From positions 19,654,001 through 19,718,000 of the forward strand of contig NC_043009.1 of NCBI RefSeq assembly GCF_006345805.1: 64,000 nucleotides of DNA, in the 5' to 3' direction. The DNA is from Octopus sinensis (Eukaryota). Of the stretch, positions 10,951 to 25,392 are shown piece after piece; position 1 is the first letter of the stretch; each line of letters starts with the position of its first letter. A program made the translations under genes and the position numbers. Below the pieces are notes generated by a model. That model made no database searches. It was not told the origin of the DNA and worked only from the letters and a program-made list of their open reading frames with translations.

Positions 10951-13900
10951 CAACTCTAAGCAAAATCCGCAGAGAAAATTGTTCGAGGCTTTTTGCCCTC
11001 AAATTTATTCTAAAATAAAGCGTTTCATAATTTTGTCCCAAAATATTTTCAAAATTTGTAGAAAATGTAATATCCGCCATGTTGTACATAATGTTGATAT
11101 CCTACTTGTTTATAAATAATGTTGGCTTCATGTTAATGCATAATGTTTGTTCTCTTCCGCCTTTATACATAATAATGTTCTTCATGTAATATGTTCCGTA
11201 CTTATACCTAATGCTGTTCCTTAGCGAAATTCCCGAGTAGTTTGTAAAAAAACTGAAAGCAATCAAACGGGAAAAACTTTGAGAAGGTTCGAATTTCTGC
11301 GATAGATTTTGTTTACACCACATTATTATTGAGTTGATCTAAACAAATGCGATTGTAGCTAGACATTAGCACGATTTTCATACCTATAAAAAGACATTTA
11401 AAATTTATTTGAATATAAATTATCTTTTTAATCACAGTTTTTGTCTCTTCTTGCCAAAACTACTGACAGTTATTCTCATTTTTCTTATTAGCCATTTTCC
11501 ACTTCATAATTTCAATAATGTAACATATTTTTCTGTAGGAGTCGCAAATTTATTAGCTTCGCCGAGATTAGTTGTTGCCATCTATTAAACTATTGTCTGG
11601 AACATATATTTAATGGTATTCTATAATTCCTCTTTCCTGTGGCATTATATATGATGTGGAATGATTGGAAAGTTTGTGCTATTAAGAAGATGCAGCAGCA
11701 GCAGCCGTAGTTGTTGTAGTAGTAGTAGTAGCAGCAGCAGCAGAGATGATAGGAAAGACAGGAATTGGAAAGTTCTATGATGGAACCAAACTCAGGAAAT
11801 GGAAACGGAGAAAATTAATCTGGACTTAGATGATGAGAAGTGTAAAAGTTGGTGACAGAAGTGACAAGACAAATGGTCGACTTGTAATATGTTATGAGAG
11901 GCAAGAATTGGTAAATGATGAACGATACGCTGGCACACTTAATTCTCAACAGTCATTAGACATGATAAAGAACTACACCATGTTGGCGACCATCTTCCAT
12001 GCCTCTTTATTCTAACCTATTTGATCCACCCTCATCGTTTAGTCTTCCTTTTTTTCTTCAATTCACATGTTTTTAATGAACTCAAGAAATGAAGACCAAA
12101 TTTTACATACGATCTGCCAGGACCATACCTGGGTATTGAACCTGGCTTGATTTAGAGCTGTTTTACGGGACTGAGCGCTGGAACCAGGTAGAAGCAGGAA
12201 TCAAATTATGGAACTAAATCATTGATACAAATAACGGAGACTGAATTATAAACTAAAAAACTACTTTAAATTGTAACAAATTATATTTTGGGTATGTCTT
12301 TTTAGTATCTGTATTCTGTTAGTTACAATGGCAAAAATGAGAATTCACTGACTTTTAAAACGCAATGTTTATCAATTTTCACATTTTAGATTCTCGCTTA
12401 GTTTCGCATGTTGCTTATGCGCGTGCGTACATGATTTGTGTCCGTGCGTGCGCGCGTGTGTGTGTGTGTAAAATGTAACTGTTACTAAAACAAATGGTTT
12501 TGCTGTCAGAATTAATTTGTATGTTCATGAAAAAGTTACGAACAAATGAAACGCACTCATTTTTTGTATGGTGTTTTTATAATTTCTCTGTAGGTGTCGC
12601 TTCTCGTATAACTTCCAATTAACACTCGAGCTAATCATGTTTGTCACCACACTTGTTTATGTGCGCTTACACCCATGCATGCAATTAGCTGTATTTTCGG
12701 GCCTCTAAAGCTATTTGTCACAAACCCAGCCTTAAATGAATAATAGGCTTTCAATGGATGCGGCTGAACTTGCTTAATGATCCTTCAAGTAGTCATCAAT
12801 TTGTGCTTTGTGCTTATTTGGAACTGCTGTCAAGTGGCGAATTGTTGAGATTAATTTCTTTTGCCGAGAGATGTGAACAAAATCAGATATTTGAAACATC
12901 ACCGACGCATGCTTACACGTCTGATATGTACAATGCACAGAATGCTATGATGCCACAATGCTATGATCATACATATGTACATGCATACAAATGTGTGTGT
13001 GTTTATGTGTGTGTGTGTGTGCGTGTGTGTGTGTGTGTGTGTGCGTGCGCGTGTGTATATGTGTGTGTGAGTGTGTACGTATGAATTTGTTACGATTTTT
13101 GTAAAGTAAGGTTACAAAAACGGTATCAAATTTCTCATAAATGTAATCAGGAAATCATTATTTATACTTATTCTATTATTTTCTTTCTCAAAGAATAACA
13201 TTTGAATACAAATTTCTTTATAATGTTTTCTTCACGACAAACACAGTTTATGTAAACGACAGCAGAGAACAAATAAAACGTCAGGTACCGAGCGGCAAGT
13301 CTTGTTGGCACTGAGCCTTCAGGTGGTCTCTCCACCGACCAGAAATAACTGCCAAATCTCCCTCAAATATTGTCAGGTGGGTGGGTGACTACGCAAATCT
13401 AATCGTTGCTGTTGTCTTCAGTCCGTAGCGTGGCACCAATTGCAATGGAGTAATCGGTTGGTTTTTTTGTTAATCATCGGCCACTGTGATGGATGGTGTT
13501 GAGGTATTTGCTGGAGGCACATATAAAAGAGTGAATATCTCGAGAGGAGCAAATGACTGGAAGCATCCGTCAATGGGTTACGAGATTCACTGAGATGAAC
13601 AGGGGCAGGATTATGTCGCTTATGTCTTTCCGTAAAAACTAACTGACATAAGGGAAGTGAAAGAGTAAGATTAAAGAAGTATGTCCAGAGTGTCAATCAT
13701 AAATCTTATTTTATGGGTGAACTGAAAAGAAATAAACTAGGGATGGGTTGAAGAGTATTTTTTTTGTTTCACAGGATTGAATTTTAGAACTGGACTGAGT
13801 TCGAAAGTAAAATAATGAGTCATAGATACGAAACACAGAGGCCGACTTATTTATTAGGACAAAATTACAAGTTATAAACTACAACAAACTGTAATAAACT

Positions 13901-14104
13901 GTATCAAATTGTTTTAAACAGTAATAAAATAAACTGAAGTGTATTAAATTCTAGGAAGTTGAAACATTGCACTGAAGTAAAGCAAACGGTCGGCAATAAA
14001 CTGCTATGCTAAGAAAAGTTGGAGAAATTCACTAAATCATTGATACAAATAACGGAGACTGGATTATGAGCACAAATAGTTCGAAACCAGACGGTCTGGT
14101 GGTC

Positions 14105-14400
14105 CTTTCATTGCTAGAAGATGGTGAGGTTTCGCTTCCCTGTTTGCAATATAGACATATCAGGTGCAAATTGCATCGATAACCAGCTGGAGCGGTTAGT
14201 ATCATCGGTTTCTAAGGAACACTCATGTTGAAGCAGCGATAAACATTTCTTGTCAGTTTGGTCAGTACTATTTTCATCTCTTCAAGAGATTTCCTGACTA
14301 CTTTGCTTTTTCGAATTCAACATTGTTTTGTTAAAAAAAATAGTGTCTTAGGTAGCGGCACCAGTTTCAACACAGGCAGACACATGCCGAGAAAATTCCA
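14105..14400 (-). pseudogene. degenerate mariner transposase N-terminal fragment
   Basis: Minus strand resembles the HTH region (..SLETDDTNRSS.., equivalent to the EDD.RSGRP motif); very decayed. Confidence 0.35.
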
Positions 14401-14529
14401 TGGTTTAATATGACGTCATCTTGGAAGAATCTACTGTTGACGGCTAATTGTTACGGCCAGGCTGGAGTATGTAGATGGTCATTATATATATATATGTATA
14501 CATACATACATTCACACATACAAGCCCCG

Positions 14530-15208
<679 letters not shown>

Positions 15209-15460
15209 ATACATACATACATACATACATACATACATACATACATACATACATACATACATACATACATAACAATTATTAAGGCGACCATTCGCTATTT
15301 AGAACCGAAAGGCAGAAGTATAGTTGTCACTAAAGTGAATGAAGGTGCTTGTCAGCATTGCTAGACATAAGAGTCAAAACAACCCTCAGCCACGTGAGAG
15401 AACTTTTCTAACGACTGACAAGAGAGACAAGCACCCTACGGCAAGTGTGATGGAATCATA

Positions 15461-15692
15461 TCATACATACATACATACATACATACATACATACATACAC
15501 ATACATACATACATACATACATACATACATACATACATACATACACATACATACATACATACATACATACATACATACATACATACACATACATACATAC
15601 ATACATACATACATACATACATACATACATACATACATACATACATACATACATACATACATACATACATACATACATACATACATACATAC
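15461..15692. repeat. (CATA)n microsatellite; a second block lies at 15207-15270
   Basis: Read directly. Confidence 0.97.
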
Positions 15693-16009
15693 GTGTGTGT
15701 GTATACTCTCTATGGCATTTATCCTTCTTGAAAACGTCAAGAATCTCTGTACAAGAAATGACGCCTCTCACGGAGCAGCTCACCCGTAATTAGCTGCACG
15801 CATTGAACCGATGCAAGCAAATATTGGAAGCCACCATCAAAAGGGCTGATGTTTTGTTTCAAAGTCGCTGTTCGTGGATTAGTAGCGCGCGCGCGTATTG
15901 TTTTTTTAAAATAATACAACATTGGAAGGTCTTTAATGAGTTGCTGGAAGCGATTTGAAATTCGGCAGCAGCAATGTTGACAGCGCTCGGTGTTGCAAGA
16001 GACGAGCTG

Positions 16010-16055
<46 letters not shown>

Positions 16056-16387
16056 ACTGAAGTTGTTTGTTTTTGTTTGTTGTTAGAAGCAGAAAAATAA
16101 AATAAACATGAAATAAAGAAAGATTGAAATCAAACACCGAAACAATAAGAAAACAGAAATACAAAAAGAAAGAAAGGAAAAAGAAAAATGAAGAATAAAA
16201 AAAAGTGTTGTCTTTAAAAAATGAGTGGAGGCTTAAGTAGGGAAACTAGAAAGAGATAATCAGAGAATTAGGGTGTTGAGGGGTGGGTTGGGAAAGAGGA
16301 GAGATAGATAGACAGATAAATAGAGAGGGAGAGGAGGAGGTAGAGAGAGAGAGAGAGAAACAAGGAGAGGGAGCTAGGTGTTGAAGA

Positions 16388-16480
16388 TACATACGTATAT
16401 ATATATTATATACATATATATATATATATATATAGACACATATATACATGCATATATATGCATATATATATATATAATAT

Positions 16481-16528
<48 letters not shown>

Positions 16529-16600
16529 GTATATATATATATACATGTGTATATATGTATGTGTATATATATATATATATACACACACACACATATATCT

Positions 16601-16655
<55 letters not shown>
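16388..16655. repeat. interrupted (TA)n/(CA)n/(GA)n compound microsatellite
   Basis: Read directly. Confidence 0.95.
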
Positions 16656-16656
<1 letters not shown>

Positions 16657-17560
16657 TGCGTGGGAGTAGGGGAAAATGGAGAAAGAACAAGAAAGAGTGT
16701 GAAAAAGAGGGATAAAAATAGAGAGAGAGAGAAAGAGGAGAGGGAAAGAGGGGAAGAGAGAAAATATATTCAATGAAAGTGATCCAAAATAAAATAGAAA
16801 CAAGGGGAAAAAAACCCAAATCAGAATAAAATTAGTGAGAAAGTGAAAATTTAAGTGGCAACGAGAATGTTTTGGCTAAAGTTGGTTGAGGAAGGTAAAG
16901 AAGAAGAAGAAGAAGAAGAAGAAGAAGAAGAAGAAGAAGAAGAAGAAGAGAAGAAGAAGAAGTGATAGTAGTGGTTATGTCGTTATGGCTGAAGGCTGAT
17001 CAATTATTCTATTTATTTTATAGAGTGATTCTAATTAAGGAAAGGATGCAGACCAAATAAATCATCAATAGTAATCCAGTTCGATAAAATCTTTGCTCCA
17101 ATCCCGCTTCTGCCTGTAACCAAGCTCTTCCAGCATCCTTCCTCTCCTCCCTCTACACTCTCCACCTAGCACCCCCCTTTATTACTCGAAACTTACTCTC
17201 TTTCCCTTTTTGTTACTCTCTATTGCTAACCTCCTTCCTTCCTCTCTATTAACTCTCCTTCCTCCCTCCTGATTCTCCTCTCCCTTCTTCATTCCTTTCT
17301 ACATATTCTCTTTTCTCTGTCTTTTCTAATCTCTTCGTCATTTCTGTTTATTAATGTTTTTATAGAAACCTTTCGGCGCCATATTTATACAATAACATTT
17401 TCTCCGGCAATAACTTGTCACTCTTTAGCAAAATTGAAAATAAAGAATTTCCTCTGAATCTTTTGGTTGATATTGTAGTGAGAATCGGAGGAGTAATACT
17501 GCCGTAGACAACACTTAATTGATGAAAGACGAAGAAGAAGAAGAAGAAGAAGAGAAGAAG

Positions 17561-17592
<32 letters not shown>

Positions 17593-18789
17593 GATCATTG
17601 TTGTCATCGGCGTCGGCGTGTGGTCAACAACCACAACAATGACAATGAAAACCTGCTTCAAAAGTTGAATGAAAATCAAAGATTCTGCCTGTCGTCTGCT
17701 GTGTCACTACAGTTTATGAGTCGGTTTGTTAAAAGTCGTCTGCTTCTGAATGTGTTTTAACGTCAGCATTAGATCCAAGACGGCAAGATTTGCGGAATAA
17801 TTAGAAAATGGCAAGATGTGGTGGCAATAATGCGTGAATATAACATTGATAAATTAAAAGCAATAGCGTCTATACTAGAAATGGTGACAATGTTGACAAC
17901 GGAAGTGACAATAACGGAAGAGGGGGAAATATAGACGGTTACAGTATCAGTCTGGGATTGGTGGTGACAAAAATGGCCAAACAATGCAATTACTTTCCAT
18001 ATGATCTCTGTATTCTAAAGGTTAGCAGTATTAAAAAAAAAGGCATCGTAAAAATCAATGATAATAAATCATATTTTGGAGGGAAAACATTATGAGAAAT
18101 GAAACTGTCACTATGTTAAACTTTGTAATTAATTTTGTCGATGCTTAGTTTAATTTTCAAATCATCACCCTGTGGAAAGTTGGAAATACAGAAACAAGAA
18201 TGGCTTTCGAAGGAAAGAATGACAAATAGACAAGAGTACTATTATGAAGAATAATATAATAGATAGAGGCAGGAAATATTATTGGAAAATAGTAAATAAA
18301 AAAGGAGAAAAAATGATATGAATAAATGAATGCTCGATGGACAAGTATAAATTTACAAAAATGCGGTAGTGCACCATTAAACAGGATGCATAATGCTATA
18401 TATTTGCCAATATCTATTTTGACATTGACCTAGCCGCCATTTCAGTGGTTGAATCTGATACGATGTAGAACTGAAAGACGTTGCTTTATTATTTAGCTCA
18501 ATTGTCCTTGAATGATGAGTGAATTAAAGATAAATGAATGACAGGCGGCAGATTAGAGACGCCATATTGTTTATTTGCTGCTATGTGGCGCGAGCTGTAA
18601 AGGCTGTAAATAGACATTAATAACTTCTATAAGGGTGTTTTGTGTGTCTTGTGCAGGGATAAATGAGGCTAAACAAGGGTTGATGCTGCGGACTTCATAA
18701 AGTCTTGGAGGTAGAAACATGTACAGTTTAATCTCAGACGGAAAAAATTGCGAGCAACAAATACATCACTCAAACTTATTCCCTCAAAT

Positions 18790-19012
18790 TATTATCAACG
18801 AGTCGATGACAAAACCTCTATGTGATCGTTGCATCTGCTAGAAGTAACAGCCAAATCGACCACAAATCATATACCATCACCTTAAAAAAAGAAAGGACAT
18901 TGAAGATTACGTCTGAAAATATAAAAAAAGATGAGGTGGTCGCTGTTAGTAATCTGTGATCGTAGGTCTGCTACGTGAGAGTCGTCCTGGGGTTAAACGA
19001 CAGCAACAGCGG
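18790..19012 (+). mobile_element. degenerate interspersed repeat, family D (SINE-like, CAA-type tail)
   Basis: GCTAGAAGTAACAGCCAAATC ... GATCGTAGGTCTGCT ... GGGGTTAAACGACAGC recurs at 22655-22835 and 43785-44085. Confidence 0.55.
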
Positions 19013-20874
19013 CAGCGCTTTTCCCAATAGCAACATCAGCAACATTATCGTCAAAACATCCAACATTTTTTCGAAGCTTCACGTCTAGTGCTTAGTGACA
19101 CATAACATAATGAAGGGCGCCTCACATTTGTAGTTGTCTTCCATTATGACTGCTTATACTTAATGTAACTTTAATTCCGGAGAGTTTCAGTGACATCACC
19201 CATTCTTTGAATAATTACAGCAAGTGTATTCTCTCTTCCTGTTTAGTTCTTTGGAGACATATCTTTAGAATTCTTGAAGGTGTTCTTGGCAAAGAATTAG
19301 GGACCAATGAGTAAGGTTAATTCAGTTTAAGTTGATCTCGGCCTGGAAGGGTGTTCCTGGCGGAAAGTGGCTATCTTGGAAAAAAAAAATGGAATTGAGG
19401 ATTTGAGAGTTGGGGATGAGAATCGTTAGCAGTTATGTAGGGTGTAGCTGGCAGTGACTGTATCGAGAGGTGGTTGTATCGCGAGATGGTTATATAAACT
19501 TAAGATTCTATGAATTCTTCTGAAGAGGAAAAAGTAGAAAGTTTCAACAAAGTCTCAACCAATGAAATTGGAAAAAAAATCCAAATCCGGCCCCAAACCT
19601 TCTTTTATAACAGTTTTAAATGAACTAATTTTCTCTCACAGAAATAAATCGTTCACTTAGCGCAGCAGCATAGATTACGATGCTAATGATGCCGAATATA
19701 AATATAAAAGAGACAAAGCGATGCTGTCGGGCTCCAAGTCACTGTATATAATTTGGAAATGGTAAATAATGGGAAAAATCAGGGAGTAAATTTCGTTTCG
19801 GTTTCCTTTTATTATATTTAGAATTTTTAAAATCTATTTTTGGTTGCCCTCCCCACCCCGTCAGTTAATAGTTATTTTTCACTTTTGTTCTTCATCGTTT
19901 TTTGTGTCAGGTATCCAGTTTGGCTGAAACAAAATTTATCGGAGGTCAGCAAAGAATCAAACCGGAAACGAAGGCATTTTTTACTCCAACGGAGCGGAAC
20001 CTATTAGATATTATTAATTTTTTCAATATTTCAGTTAGGATATTTGAAGACCCCCACCCCCAACAGACTGGTGGGAGTAGTGCGGCTAATGTTCAGTTTG
20101 AGCAACTTAGGACAAACAAGGGGGCTAGGTGTTCTGGTGGGGTGTCATTACCTAGAAAAGAAGGATTGGTAGATGTGAGATCTGTGTGTGAGTGTGGGAG
20201 GGACTGTTGGGTTTAGAGAGTTTTAGTGGTGAGTGGAAGAGAGAGGAGGGGTGCTGGGGAGATGTTTTACGTCATCAGCAAATTGTGAGGAGCAGAGACC
20301 CTTGTAGTAGGATATAATAGGAGGACACAGCACGTGTATGGCATTAGTATCGTGGAGTGTTGTTAAGTGACTTCTTGAAGATGTGTTAGTTAATTTGGTT
20401 TTTAAAGTGTAACTCGGGGATGAGTGGAGAGCAAATACAAGTGGGAGTTAATAGATGAGTGAGGGAGAGTAAAGGAGGGGTGAAGTGCAAAGGAAGAGTA
20501 AAGGTACACGACGAAGAGTGAGGTGAAGATTATAAGGAGTGGCGGGTGTATGAAGAGTGACTGATATATGCATGTATGTTTGTAGGTATTAATGTATATA
20601 TATTTATATTTATACATATATATGTGTATGTGTGTGTGTGTGTATACATATATATTTATGTGTGTGAGTGCGTACGTGTGTATACACACATACACACACA
20701 CACACACATATTTCTATGTAAAGAGTTAGGTAAATAGAATTAGTTTTCATTACTTATGACTTTCCTTGCAATGAAATCAAAGCAGATTCTGTCTTTTAAT
20801 GGATCCATCCAATATGTGGAATGTCTGGTTTAGTTTATGAACCAGAACAAAGTAGTATCAGTATTAGTGTTAGT

Positions 20875-20955
20875 CGTATTAGTATTAGTATTAGTAGTAG
20901 AAGTAGAAGAAGTAGTAGTAGTAGTAGTAGTAGCAGCAGCAGCAGCAGCAGCAGC

Positions 20956-21038
<83 letters not shown>

Positions 21039-21088
21039 TAATAATAATAATAATAATAATATTAATAATAATAATAAGAAGAAGAAGT
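20875..21088. repeat. compound trinucleotide microsatellite (AGT)n-(AGC)n-(AAT)n-(AAG)n
   Basis: Read directly. Confidence 0.95.
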
Positions 21089-21329
21089 AAAATGTAAGAA
21101 AGTCTGGGAGGACCAATTAATGGGAAATTATTTCAGTTAACCTAGATTGTGTTTCATTATCTGAAAAGAGAGTCTGTGTAAAATAAATAATGGAATTGTT
21201 GTATGAACGTCAACAAAACGAGACAAAAGGCCTTGAGTGGGTCGCGATTTATATTAAACAAGTTGATTGATATTGCTAGAACCTAGTAAATGTGTTGTAT
21301 TAGTCCTCTTGAAAAAGTAATAAATCGCA

Positions 21330-21650
21330 ATGAAGAGAAGATATCTTAAAGACTAAACTTGTTCAGGAGAAAAAATTCAAGCTAAGGAGGTAATAAAAGC
21401 AGAGATTCGTATGTTCTATTGCTTTTTGTCGAGTAAAAAAGTGCAGAAATAGAGCAGCAGGTAAGAATATGTTAATAAGTAGATTGCAAAATGTATATAA
21501 TTTGTATAAATGTAAGAGAAGAGAGTCTGGCTACCAAGATGTACCAAAACAATTTATACCTCCTTTAAAAATCATTAAAATACATGAGAAAGATGATAAA
21601 TATAGAGAAAGATATATAACAAAAAGAAAACTAAGAGACATAAGTCAGAG
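21330..21650 (+). pseudogene. possible ancient R4/Dong-like LINE remnant
   Basis: Purine-rich; faint similarity to the VIKAIN...LY..RREGG segment seen in the other Dong copies; lies ~250 bp downstream of the (AAT)n block. Confidence 0.25.
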
Positions 21651-22224
21651 GATTTGTACGGAAAGTGTCGAGTTGAAAAGAAAAAAACGCAAAATAGAAA
21701 GATGAAAGAATGAAAGGAAAAAAGGTGAATATCAATAAAAACGACACTGTTTATATATTCCTTAGCAATTTGGTCAAAGAATTATATGAGTATTAATGCA
21801 AGAAGTGAGTTATCGAATTAGTATCTGTCTGCTCGTAAAATTGTCTCCAAACCTTTGTACAGTAGATAAGGCGGTGTTTCAGAGCAGTTATATATATATA
21901 TATATTTTTTTTCTGATGACATATCGATCGAAATTGTTACTAATGTTCTTCTACGTTCATTGAACCTTCATCTGAAGACAACCTGTCATTTAGAAAGGCC
22001 GCCATCACGATTCCTCTTTCATAAGTTGTCGGTCATAGATTCCAATGATTTGTCAATATTGGCGAAATTTGCTTTCAGAATCATTGAAAACGAATGTGTT
22101 TTATAGTAAATCTGATAATCTAAAGACATTTTCTGACAATCCTCCGCCATAAAAAGTAATTTTTGTCGGATAATTATCGAAAAGTAATAATAACTAACAT
22201 ACAATATCTAAGACAAATTGACAA

Positions 22225-22421
22225 TATCCATAAAAGCTACTGATCTTCTTCTTCTTCTTCTTCTTCTTCTTCTTCTTCTTCTTCTTCTTCTTCTTCTTCT
22301 TCTTCTTCTTCTTCTTCTTCTTCTTCTTCTTCTTCTTCTTCTTCTTCTTCTTCTTCTTCTTCTTCTTCTTCTTCTTCTTCTTCTTCTCCTCCTCCTCCTC
22401 CTCCTCCTCCTCCTCCTCCTC
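22225..22421. repeat. (TTC)n-(TCC)n polypyrimidine microsatellite
   Basis: Read directly. Confidence 0.97.
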
Positions 22422-22654
22422 ATTTCCACTCCATTGGCGCCATATTGAATATTTCTAACACTGCCCCCCCCTCAAATAAATATTTAAATAATAATTAAAA
22501 CACTAAGTTTCCTTACTAATTAATACACAACCAGATGCAACTGGATGACCAGCCACGACCGCCACGAGGACAACAACGACGATGACAACCGCGATCCCAA
22601 CTACCATCACCGACACCATCACCACCACCATTACTATGACCAAATAACGTGCTT

Positions 22655-22835
22655 CTGGTTATTCGACTTGCTAGAAGCAACAATCAAATGCCATCGAATC
22701 TACCTACTGTCTTGAGAAAGGAAACGGTAGATTTTACAATGGCGTTCAAGTAATACAAATATGACGAGAAGGGCTCAGGTGGAAAGTCTCTGATCATACG
22801 CCAGCTAGACGAGGATTGAACTGGGGAGAAACAGC
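22655..22835 (+). mobile_element. degenerate family D repeat
   Basis: CGACTTGCTAGAAGCAACAATCAAAT ... TGATCATACGCCAGCT ... ACTGGGGAGAAACAGC. Confidence 0.45.
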
Positions 22836-23935
22836 AGCAAAAACAACATAAAAAACAACAGTAACAACTGCAACAACAACAAGTATTACTACAACAACAA
22901 CAACAACAACAACAACAGCAACAACAAGAAATGCAGATGAGGGCAGCGACATCAAACTTCCTCGTTCACCAAATGCCACATATCAGAGGAGGTTTCATAT
23001 AGTGGCAGTGTATGTATGTATGTATGTATGTATGTATGTATGTATGTATGTATGTATGTATGTGTGTGTGTGTGTGTGTATGTATATGTGTGTGTATGTA
23101 TGTATGTATGTATGTATACAAAATTTCAGGAACACAAACAGGAGTATGAAGCAAACAGTGAGAGTAATTGTAAACGACGTGAATAAACTGTAAAGCAGGA
23201 GTTGTAATTGTAAACGAGGAGTAAAAATAATAGACAGAGAGTATAAACAAAACTAGGAGATCCTTCCTTGAGAAAACGAAACTATTAGTATTAGTGCTAG
23301 AATAATTTGTGTAACTTTAAGGTCTGTGACTTAGGAAGGGCGATTTATGAGGGAATGGTTCCGCCAGCATTTTAGTTGAGGCCATCTTATCTTTGTTATG
23401 AAACACTTGCCCTTTTTTTGGTGTTTAACCACATGCAATACTTTTTACACATGGGAAGGTAATTTTATTTTTCGGAATCTTTAGTTGTAAGGTGAAGTAC
23501 AACACGTGACTATATTGAATCTTATATTAAATATCAGAATGGCAGAATATTATATTTAGTATGGAATTTTTAAAAGAGGATATTGTCGGAGTTATGTCTT
23601 GAAGAAGGAGAAGTTGAAAGGTAATTTCTGGGTTGTCTAAGCAGAAGAAAAAAAAATTTTAAATGTAGAAATAATGTAGAATTATGGCGATGCTACAGAT
23701 GGATGGTTAATAAAAAATATGTTTGCTAATTGTAATTAAATTTTTGCAATTCTATTTACAGGACCCCCCCCCCACAAAACATTGAATTTATTTTTCAGAG
23801 CCAACAAATAGTTTAGGGCAGTGTAACTGAGGAATTCTTACAGTTCCAAAATGTTTTCCTCATCCGTGCCAAACACTGACATTCATTAGGAGACCAATCC
23901 TTTAAAAGGCTTTCTTTCATCTTCTATTTTTTTAT

Positions 23936-24320
23936 CTTTTACTGGGTTCAAGTCATTAGACTGTGGCCATGCTGGGGCACCGCCTTGAAGAATTTTTAGT
24001 CGAATGAATCGACCACAATATTTACTTTTTTGAGCCAGATACTTATTTTATCGGTGTTTTTTGTCGAACCGCTTGGTTACTTGGACGTAAACACACAAAC
24101 ACAGGTTGTTAATCAGTGGTGGAGGACAAACACAAACACACACGCACACATACAACACACACACACACATGTATACGACGGAATTTTCCCGTCTACCAAA
24201 TCCATTCACAAGGTTTTGGTCGGTTCAAAGCAACAGTATGAGACACTTGCCCAAGGTGCTACGCAGTGGGACTGAACCCAGAACCGTGTGGTTGGGAAGC
24301 AAGCTTCTTATGACAGCCAC
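23936..24320 (-). mobile_element. SINE family A, full length
   Basis: Plus strand shows AGTCATTAGACTGTGGCCATGCTGGGGCACCGCCTT (tail) and ACACTTGCCCAAGGTGCTACGCAGTGGGACTGAACCC (body and B box). Confidence 0.9.
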
Positions 24321-25129
24321 AAAAAATTCCCATCATTATGGTGTGTTTCCTCTCTGTTAATACCATTTCTTCAAAAGCAAATTGTGCTCTTCCCCCACAC
24401 CCAACTCCTACCCCCAATAGTCTCTCCCCCATCCCCATCTTGGTTCCTCAATCCATGCCGTGTTTTTCTTCTTTCTAAATTTCGCGTCAAGATTTACTAC
24501 ATTTAACGATGAAGTTTTACGTCTCAGAAAACAAAATTCCCTATAATAACCCACCTTTAGCTCTCAAAATCATTATCCGATAGCGTAGATCTTAAACACG
24601 TCTAAATTCTGATGATCCGAAAGGGCTTCCATAGATTAAACAGTTATGCCTTTCTTCGGACACTATTATATATCAAAAAAAAAATAAAAAAAAACGAAAC
24701 AAAACTTGACGCATTCGCTCAGGTGAAAGTCTATCAAGCAGCAGACCTCTGTTTATTCAGAAATTACTAAAGATTGCTGCCATTTACGATTCTTCTAGAA
24801 TAATACTAATCAATGAAAGCCCGCATTTGAGTATGTGATTCCGTTTTATCAATACAGAACAATTATACCAATGACTGTTGTCATGGACCGGAGGGGAGAA
24901 TAGAAGATTCAGAGAGGAAGAGACCAAGGAAATCGAGTAAGTAATGGCTTGAAGACGATCACAATTAAACCATTCAATGTCGCAATCGGTTATTCTTAAA
25001 TGATTTTAATCCTGGACGAGGGGGTGGGGGATGAAAAAAGGCCAACAGGATAAACGAATAATTACGCTAATATGGATGTTTCCATTAGTATTATTGATGT
25101 GGCTATCTGAACAAACAGCATTATACATA

Positions 25130-25212
25130 CATACATACATATATATATGACACATATACATACATATATATGTATATATATATACACAAACACACATATA
25201 CATACACATATA

Positions 25213-25258
<46 letters not shown>

Positions 25259-25313
25259 ATATATATATGTCTCTATCTATCTATCTATTTATTTATTTCT
25301 CTATCTATCTATC

Positions 25314-25368
<55 letters not shown>

Positions 25369-25392
25369 ATCTATCTATCTATCTATCTATCT
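25130..25392. repeat. (TA)n and (CTAT)n compound microsatellite
   Basis: Read directly. Confidence 0.95.

Noticed and set aside
19880-20216. Strong pyrimidine tract plus CAG at 19910 opening a 104-aa ORF
   Set aside because: No recognisable protein similarity or matching donor site; T-rich acceptor-like strings are common here. It would need RNA-seq junction reads.
21913-21946. CTGATGA...GAAA perfect hammerhead core spacing
   Set aside because: The stem II closing pair is a C-C mismatch, position 17 is G, and stem I cannot form (poly-T against TTCTTC).
24609-24630. CTGATGATCCGAAAGGG hammerhead-like string
   Set aside because: The GAAA serves as a tetraloop and no second GAAA or stems I/III follow.
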